Shown: positions 22,326 to 34,014 of the stretch, in pieces | How the letters are laid out: every line of letters starts with the position of its first letter | Numbering within the stretch: the stretch's first letter is position 1 | NCBI RefSeq assembly: GCF_001194135.2 | Contig: NC_068999.1 | Span: forward strand, 42,542,605-42,580,592 | Source of the DNA: Octopus bimaculoides | Taxonomy: Eukaryota | DNA: 37,988 nucleotides | Reading direction: 5' to 3' | The notes under the pieces: model-generated | Told to the model about the DNA's origin: nothing | What the model saw: only the letters and a program-made list of their open reading frames with translations | The model's database searches: none | Position numbers and translations under genes: made by a program

Positions 22326-22584
22326 TTTCCTTAGAAAATTACTATTACACAGATTACCCAGATATTGTTTTGAGCTGAAGGATACGATCGTGTCGTATAG
22401 TCAGTTGGAGACGATGTCTCTTGGGGCTAAATTACAGCAACATTTCGTCCTAAACCAGGACTGCCATGTTATGTTGGCAAGCAAAACGTATTTTTCCTGT
22501 TGAATAAACTTTTGTCATGGAATCAGGATTCTGAGAGAGAGAGAGAGAAAGAGAGTGGGTGAGAGAACGAAAGAGAGAAAATTA

Positions 22585-22625
22585 CCCTGAAATTGCTGGC
22601 CTTGTGCCAAAATTTGAAACCATTA
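22585..22625 (+). mobile_element. SINE family C, 3' end fragment
   Basis: gaaattgctggccttgtgcc is identical to 13497-13516. Confidence 0.6.
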
Positions 22626-22627
22626 TC

Positions 22628-22735
22628 ATGGTAAATGTTCGCTACAAATGAACGCCATTTCCGTTTCCATCATTTACCACTGTAATGTCTGCCTCTGAAA
22701 TATTCATTTTGTTTATTTTTAATCTTTTCTCTCTC
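22628..22735 (+). repeat. Unclassified dispersed repeat, copy 2
   Basis: Shared with 8889-8995; contains inverted repeat tggtaaatg/catttacca. Confidence 0.7.
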
Positions 22736-23858
22736 CTTCCCTATCTCTCTGTTCACTTTTCGGAGATTGTAGAAATGACCTATATAATTCCTTGTGTTCC
22801 ACTCGTGACCATCCCTACATTCTGCTCATATTATCCCTTGTAAGAGCTCTATTTCGCTTCTTATTAATATTTAACTTCATACCAGCAATAACCAATCTCA
22901 CCGACAATAAAGGCGTTCCGGTGATGGCAACCCCATATATTTTTTGTGTCTGGCACTGTATTTTATCGAGCGTGTCCCACTACTTTTATGCCGGTAATGT
23001 ATGATGTGATAAAGAATTAGCTGCTATTTCTGCGTGATCAACTACGCACACATACCTTGCAGCGTTGGTTTTTGTCTCTCCTCTTTCACATCAGTAGGTT
23101 TTTATATGGATTAACGAGGCATTAAGCTGATATTTCTAACAGGCCGAGTGACCTCTTCCAGGCTAGAGTCTTTAGCTCTTCAGGATCACGTTCACTATCG
23201 ATCTCTCTAGCTGGAATCTATAATAATAATCTCTTTGAATTCCTAGATGTCGGCGAAGCTGACTTTTGTAGAAAACATGACTGAGTTTCCTTGATAAACT
23301 GACATCCTATATTCCGTCTGTTTAACGCTGATTAAAAAGGATTTGAGGATTTAAGGATTAAAGGCACCGATACATTTTACTTCTAACTTACTTGGGAAAT
23401 GGCTTACACAGACAATGGAAAATTCCTTTCATACGTAACTCGCTGTCTGCTAATCTCTCATGCAATTATTGTTTCAATAATTACACCGTATATACAGCCG
23501 CTGGAGACTGAAAACCTCTCTTGTAAGAGAATACGTGTCCTTACTAGTCATCATAATCCGGTATCTGCGTTTGTATTATACGTGTATGTACGTATGTGTG
23601 TGAGTTTGTTCGTATTTGTTTATATGTCTCTGTGCGTGTGCGTGTGTGCTGGGACGGCGTTTATACAATGGCCGTCAGTGATTTTCCCGCCATTTCGTTT
23701 CTTTGTGTAATTTTCCTTTTTCTCGAATGTCTTTTGTAATCGTTATGAACATTCATTGTTTCTATTTATATTTCACTCGTCCTTGTAAAAGTCCCCGTCC
23801 GCGTCCCTTGTAGCAATAAATGAAACCATTATTAATATCTCCCTTTTTTTATTGAACA

Positions 23859-23900
23859 GGCGTTGCTCCAGCATGGCAGTCGAATAATTGGAACAAGTAA
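23859..23900 (+). mobile_element. Isolated SINE-B/LINE 3' tail fragment
   Basis: ggcgttgctccagcatggc...ggaacaagtaa matches the tail at 11100-11144. Confidence 0.55.
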
Positions 23901-23946
23901 ACCTAAGCGAAAAACTAAAATATCACCTTCGGTTTTATTTTGTTGT

Positions 23947-24527
23947 TTCATTGTCCTACACATAGCAATACTATTTATAATTCATTGTCCTACACATAAC
24001 AATACTATTTATAATTCATTGTCCTACACATAGCAATACTATTTATAATTCATTGTCCTACACATAGCAATACTATTTATAATTCATTGTCCTACACATA
24101 GCAATACTATTTATAATTCATTGTCCTACACATAGCNNNNNNNNNNNNNNNNNNNNNNNNNNNNNNNNNNNNNNNNNNNNNNNNNNNNNNNNNNNNNNNN
24201 NNNNNNNNNNNNNNNNNNNNNNNNNNNNNNNNNNNNNNNNNNNNNNNNNNNNNNNNNNNNNNNNNNNNNNNNNNNNNNNNNNNNNNNNNNNNNNNNNNNN
24301 NNNNNNNNNNNNNNNNNNNNNNNNNNNNNNNNNNNNNNNNNNNNNNNNNNNNNNNNNNNNNNNNNNNNACACATAGCAATACTATTTATAATTCATTGTC
24401 CTACACATAGCAATACTATTTATAATTCATTGTCCTACACATAGCAATACTATTTATAATTCATTGTCCTACACATAGCAATACTATTTATAATTCATTG
24501 TCCTACACATAGCAATACTATTTATAA
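23947..24527. repeat. 34-bp minisatellite (ttcattgtcctacacatagcaatactatttataa)n spanning a gap
   Basis: Units start at 23947, 23981, 24015, 24049, 24083, 24117 and resume after the gap; nearly identical. Confidence 0.95.
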
Positions 24528-24619
24528 TTTTTTCTAGGAATCAGATGAATCCCGAGTCAAGAACAGAGTTAATAAAGGTGATGATTTAGGCATCAAGCCA
24601 GCAAGTTTAAGGGGACCTT

Positions 24620-25065
24620 ATTAACTGTACCATCGACTCCAATAATTGACTAGTACATTATTTTACCGATGAGAGACATAGTTGACCTCGGTGAAATTTG
24701 AACCCAGGATGTAAAATGGCGGAAGAAACACTTCCAAGCAACGCCATTACATATACAAATCCGTCGATGTCATCTTACCTTGTCATCTCACATAATCGAT
24801 AAAATGCTGAACTAATTGAGTGGTTGATGTAATCGACCTCAGTCCTTCACCAAATCACAGGCCCTGTGCCTATATTAGAAACAATCATTAATTGGTAGAG
24901 GGTTGTTCCAGTTCTTTACGTTTGAAGTTCAAATCCCGCCAGCATCAAATTTGCATTTGAACCATTCGAGATCGATAAAGAAATTATCAATCAAATATTA
25001 CGGCCGATATAATCAATTTGCATTTTTCCCCGAATTTCAGATCTCGTGTTTATGTTAGAAACTTT
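24620..25065. mobile_element. Cluster of highly degenerate SINE C fragments in both orientations
   Basis: gttgacctcggtgaaatttgaac (minus); gatgtaatcgac...ccctgtgcctatattagaa and ctttacgtttgaagttcaaatcccgcc (plus). Confidence 0.5.
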
Positions 25066-25103
25066 ATTAAACGAAGTGATTGGCACCATCCTGGTACCAT
25101 ACT

Positions 25104-25385
25104 GTGTGAAGGAATGTGGTCTCGTGGTTGGGTCTGCTGCATTCACCAGCATAAGATCGTAGTTTCTGCTCCCAAATGGAGGCGGTGCGTTTTATACTTG
25201 AAAAAAACCCCACTTCTTTTTGCATTGCTGCAGTCCACTAAGCTGTAAATACGTTCCAACAATAGCCAGGAGGTTACACCTGCGATGGAGCGACATCCCG
25301 TTCAGGGGCAACTGCTGTAATTCCGATCACTTTTTTCCCTTGGAAACTGGCCTGGGCTCCGGCACTGTGGTTCGTGAGCCTCATG
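25104..25385 (+). mobile_element. Degenerate tRNA-derived SINE, family D
   Basis: Head gtgaaggaatgtggtctcgtggttggg; central cattgctgcagtccactaagctgtaaat resembles 20245-20275; distinct 3' domain acctgcgatggagcgacatcccgttcagggg. Confidence 0.45.
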
Positions 25386-27131
25386 AAAGACGTATTGCCA
25401 GACACTTGTTATCACTAAAATGGCGAACAAAATGCCTTGTTGCATTTGATTATCTCCCCTCTGAGTCGACTCGTTTATTTCATAATTCGTAGATTGTTAA
25501 AACTATATACCAGTAATATACACAGTATATTAGAGCGGATTAAGTTTACGAGACAATCCAAAAACATTTGGTATTGTTGGTCTCTCACAAACCAGTATTA
25601 TTCTGATAAACATACGTACAAATATGGGAGAATCGTTAGAGCATCGGACAAAACGCTTTGTGCTAATTAGTTATGCCCCTTCGAAAGTTACGGAGTCTTT
25701 TTCAGTTTTGATTTCGCTTTTATTGTGATTGAGATCATATAATAAAAATGATTAAAACATTTGTCAATCACGTACCGATGCTGTAGGAATCGATTGTACT
25801 AAATTTGAATCCTCATTAACATATAGTTGGTTGAAGACGGCGTTGTTGGAATTACTTACGCCATATCTATGACAATCATATCATTTAATTCTTCCGCAGG
25901 ACCTCATTCACCCCCACTTAAATCTAATAATTTTAAAATGCATACATATATACATACACACATGTATACATACGCATATATATACATACATACACATACG
26001 TAAATACACGCATACACACCTATACATACATGAATACTTGCATAGATACATACATATACCCAGATTGTGGGAAAACTGATATTGTAAGCCAGAGGTGTCA
26101 GATGTCTTCAAAAAAAAAAAAAAAGACATGTTTGTTGATATATTGCATAATGTATAAAGTAGCTGGCGTATTATTTGATAATTTACTTTAGTTGGCAGCA
26201 GTATGTGAAGAACAAGATTATAGATCTGACAGAAAAGATGATGTGTTAAGCTATTTCCAATGTTGCATTATTCCTCTTCTCTCTTGTCTAACGGTGTCCA
26301 ATTTCAAGTTGCTCCATCGATTATTTATGTTGGGTGCCAGTGCGATTATTTGTCAATTTATATTCCTAGACAGTCGGATTTATTTCAGAATTTATTTCTG
26401 GTTCTCAGGTTTGCATTATTGTTCCAGGAAATATACTAATAACCAAATAGACAGTTTGTTGAAGTATGTTTGCCAACAAGCTTGTTTGTCTGCAAACAAA
26501 AACCAAAGGAAAATTTCCTCTCCACTTTCTACATGTTTTTCCAATGCGATAAATATACTTGCAGTCATACAAGATAGGCCGCTGCAGTAAACTTCAGATG
26601 TTTTAGGGAGTGCGTACGTATATGTGAAGGCACGCGTGTGAGTGTATGCGTTTGTGCACGCACGCGCGTGTGTGTTGTGTGTGTGTGTGTTTGTGTGTGT
26701 GAAATATGAATTAATTAGGTTCGTTCCTTGCGTGAAGAGCAAAACGTGTTGGCACGATTGTATTGTTAAAATTTCCTCGCACCGATCCTCTTTCGGGTTC
26801 AATTCTACTTTGCCACAGCACGTTTGACAAGCGCCTTCAATAAGAACCTAGAATGATTAAAACTTTTGAGACTGAAATTCAATTACTAAAATTCAGTTGG
26901 AGTCTTTAATTACCACGGGTGGTAGATTAAGTCTATTACTCACATTAACACAAATACGTGGCCTTTATTTTACTCGAACGCATTCTCACTTGGTCTCTGT
27001 GTTAGAAGAGAAATACAGTATTTGATAGCATAAAAGATGCATTCCCGCAACCTAAACAAAATATCAAAAAAGTCCAGCCGGGTCCTAAATGCGAACTTTG
27101 GACTCCCATATGTTAATATTATATGCTTTAT

Positions 27132-27240
27132 AAGGTGGCGAGCTGGCAGAAACGTTAGCACAGCGGGCGAAATGTTTAGCGGTATTTCATCTGTCTTTAC
27201 GTTTTGAGTTCAAATTCCGCCGAGGTCGACTTTGCCTTTC
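27132..27240 (+). mobile_element. SINE family C, well-preserved 5' half
   Basis: aaggtggcgagctggcagaaacgttagcac...gagttcaaattccgccgaggtcgactttgcctttc. Confidence 0.8.
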
Positions 27241-28022
27241 CACGAAGGGGGGTGAATAAAAGTGGTTAACATTAGATCAAATGCCAACCCAATCCATTCT
27301 GATCAAGCACCAACCGACTGACCGACCGACCGACCAACAAATCAATCAACCAACGCATTCCGTTGATTAGTATTGTCCTTTGAGTTCAAACTTTGATGGC
27401 GTTTCTCTTGTCTTTCAGGCTTCCGACAGATAATGTAAAATAAATCTAGTTCAATTTACTTATTAATTCACCGGAAGTAGAAACCACTCACAGTCACTTT
27501 TATCTCTTGCACCGACATGTCATACTGATAATTATATAATATTTCCAAATAAATAAATAATTAAATAAATATATAAATTGACTGAAAAATATGTAACAAA
27601 AATGGCGTCCAACGTTTCGACAAAATCCCTTCTCAATGCTTTCGTTTATCGTTTAAATAATTATTCGTACCATCATCGTGTCATTGCACTTCCTTTTTAA
27701 CCAATACTTGAATTTTATTTGTCCTATTCCAGGATAGTAATTGATGATTCCACAGCACTCACAGGCAAAAGCCACTCGTTTCACACATTACATATTCTGC
27801 CGGTCTCTGCCATCATACAGGCACCATTTTGTTTATCCTTCCTTCTATATTCCATTTCAACCACAAACCGGAACATATTTTAACCAAATAATTACATATT
27901 AACAGACTGAACTAAAAGTACCCTATAACTGAGTCTGGATCCGCAAACTGATTAATTAGAGATGAAAGACTCATGGACACATATCGATTCACTAAAATCA
28001 CACACACATACAGATGCATACA

Positions 28023-28055
<33 letters not shown>

Positions 28056-28820
28056 NNNNNNNNNNNNNNNNNNNNNNNNNNNNNNNNNNNNNNNNNNNNN
28101 NNNNNNNNNNNNNNNNNNNNNNNNNNNNNNNNNNNNNNNNNNNNNNNNNNNNNNNNNNNNNNNNNNNNNNNNNNNNNNNNNNNNNNNNNNNNNNNNNNNN
28201 NNNNNNNNNNNNNNNNNNNNNNNNNNNNNNNNNNNNNNNNNNNNNNNNNNNNNNNNNNNNNNNNNNNNNNNNNNNNNNNNNNNNNNNNNNNNNNNNNNNN
28301 NNNNNNNNNNNNNNNNNNNNNNNNNNNNNNNNNNNNNNNNNNNNNNNNNNNNNNNNNNNNNNNNNNNNNNNNNNNNNNNNNNNNNNNNNNNNNNNNNNNN
28401 NNNNNNNNNNNNNNNNNNNNNNNNNNNNNNNNNNNNNNNNNNNNNNNNNNNNNNNNNNNNNNNNNNNNNNNNNNNNNNNNNNNNNNNNNNNNNNNNNNNN
28501 NNNNNNNNNNNNNNNNNNNNNNNNNNNNNNNNNNNNNNNNNNNNNNNNNNNNNNNNNNNNNNNNNNNNNNNNNNNNNNNNNNNNNNNNNNNNNNNNNNNN
28601 NNNNNNNNNNNNNNNNNNNNNNNNNNNNNNNNNNNNNNNNNNNNNNNNNNNNNNNNNNNNNNNNNNNNNNNNNNNNNNNNNNNNNNNNNNNNNNNNNNNN
28701 NNNNNNNNNNNNNNNNNNNNNNNNNNNNNNNNNNNNNNNNNNNNNNNNNNNNNNNNNNNNNNNNNNNNNNNNNNNNNNNNNNNNNNNNNNNNNNNNNNNN
28801 NNNNNNNNNNNNNNNNNNNN

Positions 28821-28862
<42 letters not shown>

Positions 28863-29239
28863 CATATTGAATATGCATGTGTATATTGTATTGTATTTAT
28901 TTGCATGTACATATGTATATGTATATATATGTTTGTGCGTTTTATGTTAATAGTTGTATGTCTGTCAGCCACAGTTGTAGTTTTTTTTTACTTTTAACAG
29001 GTTTATTACCAATAAAATATAGGAAGTGACGTGATTGTCTGCGCTGTTTTGTCATTGCATAGATCAAGTTACGTTGTATATGCATAAAAAAGCCGCGTTA
29101 GTCAAAACATAACTACACCTATATATACAACCAAAGACAGTATACATACACATGTACTTTTATATATATAGATATATATAGATATATATATACATACATA
29201 TATACATACATTTGCATACACATAAACACATGAACACTT

Positions 29240-29276
<37 letters not shown>

Positions 29277-29411
29277 TGTTTTATGTATCATTGCGTTTGT
29301 ACGATCTTATATATACTTGAATGCACGAAAATATACAGGATTACGCAAAATATTTATACTTTTATGTATTCCTGAATCACGCATATGCATAGATATTCCT
29401 ATGAATGTGTG

Positions 29412-29470
<59 letters not shown>

Positions 29471-30237
29471 TATGTATGTATACAGGAATACATACATATA
29501 AAGAAATTTGCATACATCCATTTAGAGATATTAATCGAGAAATAGGAATATTTAAATATGAATAGTTAGATATATGCATACATAGAAATACACTTAGAAA
29601 TATACATATATGCAGCCATCTATATATATTATATCCAACATATACACCGTTGCAAATACAATAAAGCACGTTCATTATTATAAAAGTATAGTCGCATGTT
29701 TGCGTACATGTATGCATATAAGTGTNNNNNNNNNNNNNNNNNNNNNNNNNNNNNNNNNNNNNNNNNNNNNNNNNNNNNNNNNNNNNNNNNNNNNNNNNNN
29801 NNNNNNNNNNNNNNNNNNNNNNNNNNNNNNNNNNNNNNNNNNNNNNNNNNNNNNNNNNNNNNNNNNNNNNNNNNNNNNNNNNNNNNNNNNNNNNNNNNNN
29901 NNNNNNNNNNNNNNNNNNNNNNNNNNNNNNNNNNNNNNNNNNNNNNNNNNNNNNNNNNNNNNNNNNNNNNNNNNNNNNNNNNNNNNNNNNNNNNNNNNNN
30001 NNNNNNNNNNNNNNNNNNNNNNNNNNNNNNNNNNNNNNNNNNNNNNNNNNNNNNNNNNNNNNNNNNNNNNNNNNNNNNNNNNNNNNNNNNNNNNNNNNNN
30101 NNNNNNNNNNNNNNNNNNNNNNNNNNNNNNNNNNNNNNNNNNNNNNNNNNNNNNNNNNNNNNNNNNNNNNNNNNNNNNNNNNNNNNNNNNNNNNNNNNNN
30201 NNNNNNNNNNNNNNNNNNNNNNNNCTATGAATGTGTG

Positions 30238-30290
<53 letters not shown>

Positions 30291-30983
30291 ATAAATATAT
30301 GCATGTATGTATATATCTATCCCTGGCTGTGTCTAGAGTTAGGCGTCTTAATACGTGCCACATATTTTCAGTGCTTTGTTTTATTTATTTTTCTTCTCAA
30401 TTATCTTCTGAAACGATCATAAAATATCAAAAACTGATATATTTGTCTGTTTTGTCATTACTCCTTCAGTTTACAATCATCTCTACTTGACTAAGAGATC
30501 CTACATCCGGTAATGAAGAGACGCCAATTCGTACCTAGGCGTCATCATTACTGGTTCGACGTAGTTTCCTCGGAGAATAAACATATCACCCCAGTCTCGA
30601 TGACTCGCTGACTCACATTATTGAAATTGTAGATAGGTGCCATGGTTGATTCGCTCTGTCTCCAAGTCCCTGCAATTTTAGTAGAATCCTTCTGAATCTC
30701 AATTTGTCTGGTGCTTCGTGTAGGATGGGCACCGAGTTGGCGCCACTGTTTGCTACTGGTTGCATTATACTGCACATCCGTTATTAGCCTCTCTGAATGA
30801 CCTGTGCCATATACCTTCCTGTCATCCTCTATAACTTTTGCCCTCTGGTGATGTCCATTGGAAAGCTACTGTTTTCCTGCTGTAGAAGACGCATTCTCGC
30901 ATAAAAGAAACCCCTAAGATTTTGTAGAAAAGAGTACATTTTACAGTTCTATATTCAAGAGATGAGAAATTATGTACATTATA

Positions 30984-31025
30984 TACATTATTTAGATTTG
31001 ACGGATATTTGTTGTTAACACAACG
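30984..31025 (-). mobile_element. Inverted fragment of the tRNA/HHR SINE 3' end, fused to the element's 5' end
   Basis: tacattatttagatttgacggatatttg + ttgttaacacaacg matches 18376-18432 with one internal deletion. Confidence 0.75.
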
Positions 31026-31127
31026 GGCATATAGCATAGTGGTTAAGAGCGCGAGCTACTAACCCCAAGATTCCGAGTTCGATTCCAGGCAGTGACTTCA
31101 ATAATAATAATAATAATAATAATAATG

Positions 31128-31164
<37 letters not shown>

Positions 31165-31306
31165 TGATAATAATAAAATCAAAAAATACCTGAGGAATGA
31201 AAATCCAGGTTCGAAATTTCCCCAAGACACCTGATGAAGGCTGGAAGGTATATCAGCCAAAACAGTTGTGTTAACAACAAACAAGATGAGGACAAATATC
31301 CGTCAA
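31025..31306 (+). mobile_element. tRNA-headed SINE with internal (AAT)n and a hammerhead-containing 3' module
   Basis: A-box TAGCATAGTGG (31032-31042), anticodon-loop-like ctactaa, B-box gagttcgattcc (31075-31086), (AAT)n 31100-31175, then gacac-CTGATGA-a-ggctg...cagcc-aaaacagtt-gtgtt (31226-31272). Confidence 0.8.
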
Positions 31307-31510
31307 GGAAAAGATAACGTTGGTTGTCATGGTAGCGGGGAAGAGGAAACTTTATCACAATGACTCACTTAGAGTTACTTCCCTTGAAAATATTGCCTTG
31401 AAAAAGCATAGAGGTCGTTTTTGTCCCTCCTTCACCAGAACCAAATCGTATACCAGTTTCCTGTCTCTGATACTTTCTTTAAGGTCTTGAACTTGTTATT
31501 CCCAGACAAG

Positions 31511-31730
31511 ACAAGACAAAACACTACAAAAATGTTCCGAAGGCAAAAACGAAAATATATTATCTTTTTTTTTATATTCTCTTTAAATTTATTAACGATT
31601 ATTTTTGTTATTAATTGCTATTATTCTCCATAATGTTGATTTTGTTTTGATGCGTTCTCCTTAATACGCACAATTGCGTGCAAATACAACAAACTAACCA
31701 ATATAATCGCCTGCTTAACGATATGTATAT
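31511..31730 (+). repeat. Diverged local duplication or unclassified repeat, copy 1
   Basis: acaagacaaaacacta, aaatgttccgaaggc, aatatattatcttt and caattgc shared with 33015-33235. Confidence 0.65.
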
Positions 31731-31973
31731 ATATGTACGTGTATATATGTATGTGTGGGTATCCGTGTGTGTTTCTATATGTATATTTATATTTGTTACG
31801 CAAAGTGTATGTAGAAGATTACATTAGTTAAACTGTGTTTAAAAATTGTTTAGTGATAGTAATCAGTGCATGTATTAACTAGGAAAGCTCGTGTTATTCT
31901 TCATTATTGTTATTCTGTTCGGTGTCTTAAAGTTCAAAGTAGCTGACCGCTAACATGATGCGGAATAATTTAG

Positions 31974-32018
<45 letters not shown>

Positions 32019-32454
32019 NNNNNNNNNNNNNNNNNNNNNNNNNNNNNNNNNNNNNNNNNNNNNNNNNNNNNNNNNNNNNNNNNNNNNNNNNNNNNNNNNN
32101 NNNNNNNNNNNNNNNNNNNNNNNNNNNNNNNNNNNNNNNNNNNNNNNNNNNNNNNNNNNNNNNNNNNNNNNNNNNNNNNNNNNNNNNNNNNNNNNNNNNN
32201 NNNNNNNNNNNNNNNNNNNNNNNNNNNNNNNNNNNNNNNNNNNNNNNNNNNNNNNNNNNNNNNNNNNNNNNNNNNNNNNNNNNNNNNNNNNNNNNNNNNN
32301 NNNNNNNNNNNNNNNNNNNNNNNNNNNNNNNNNNNNNNNNNNNNNNNNNNNNNNNNNNNNNNNNNNNNNNNNNNNNNNNNNNNNNNNNNNNNNNNNNNNN
32401 NNNNNNNNNNNNNNNNNNNNNNNNNNNNNNNNNNNNNNNNNNNNNNNNNNNNNN

Positions 32455-32880
<426 letters not shown>

Positions 32881-33014
32881 GCATTCGGTATTGTTTCGTG
32901 TTAAGGCGATTAGATTAGTTATTCTATGTCATAAAGCACACGAGTGGATTTCATAACATTCCTGTGTGACAATCATATAACTGTTGTTGTTTGGATGACA
33001 AAGTGTTTTCTAAT

Positions 33015-33235
33015 ACAAGACAAAACACTATTTAAATGTTCCGAAGGCGCATATGTAATATATTATCTTTTCTTTCTATACTTTGTATATATATGTATTA
33101 TTTGTAATATTTATTATTTGTTATTCTTCTTAATAATAATGATATTGTTTCAATTCGTTCATATTAATATGTGCAATTGCATACATATATAACAAAGTAA
33201 CAAATGTAGTTATGAACCCGCTTGCCGACATGTGT
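33015..33235 (+). repeat. Diverged local duplication or unclassified repeat, copy 2
   Basis: See 31511-31730. Confidence 0.65.
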
Positions 33236-33241
33236 GTGTAA

Positions 33242-33280
<39 letters not shown>

Positions 33281-33640
33281 TGTGTATATATATATATATA
33301 TATATAGTTCATATTTATACACATAAATATGGATATAGGCTGGTATGTATATATCTGTACATATGCATTTTAATACACAGTGTTATGCTGACTCACATTT
33401 ATATACACTGTTTCATATTTATGGAGAGATAACTACTTAGAAATTGATATATACGTATGTATGAATGTATGCATGTATATATTTATATAGGAATATATAT
33501 AGGTTACAACGTATAGTGGTATAAATGCATACGTACATATATATATATATTTATTTATATATATATGTGCACAATCATACATGCAAATGTATAGCTTTAT
33601 AAACAAGTATATATATATATATATACATGTATATATATAT

Positions 33641-34014
33641 ATATGTGTGTGTGTGGGGGGGTTTGTGTGTGTGTGCACAAATATGCATATACAAATTTGC
33701 TGCACATCTTATTAATTTGAATATATTTTCGACATTGTGTATTAGTGCGTTCCATCATAACTTCATGTACTTAATATTAAAAAAAAAGTTTTCGAGATAT
33801 TTATATGCATATCTACACGCTTGCGTATATGTATGTATATATATATATATGTGTGTGTGTGGGGGGGTTTGTGTGTGTGTGCACAAATATGCATATACAA
33901 ATTTGCTGCACATCTTATTAATTTGAATATATTTTCGACATTGTGTATTAGTGCGTTCCATCATAACTTCATGTACTTAATATTAAAAAAAAAGTTTTCG
34001 AGATATTTATATGC
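33641..34014. repeat. 206-bp-period tandem duplication ending at a gap
   Basis: gcacaaatatgc...gagatatttatatgc at 33675 and 33881, essentially identical. Confidence 0.85.

Noticed and set aside
23140-23183. Minus-strand CTGAAGA-gcta...tagc near-hammerhead
   Set aside because: Helix II is followed by ctggaag rather than GAAA, and there is no helix I or III.
23947-24527. CRISPR-like appearance of 34-bp repeats
   Set aside because: Units are contiguous with no spacers, the context is eukaryotic, and there are no cas genes.
27605-27640. Minus-strand ttgagaag...tcGAAACGTT, possible atypical Penelope HHR
   Set aside because: Core is non-canonical, helix II is poor and helix I does not pair.
31025-31095. 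Possible bona fide tRNA gene (anticodon ACT); likewise the heads at 2532, 10451, 10772, 18660 and 20148
   Set aside because: No complete acceptor stem or T-run terminator, and each continues into or matches SINE sequence.
33641-34014. 206-bp tandem duplication as a biological event
   Set aside because: The copies are identical and end at a gap; a contig-end assembly artefact is at least as likely. Long reads are needed.
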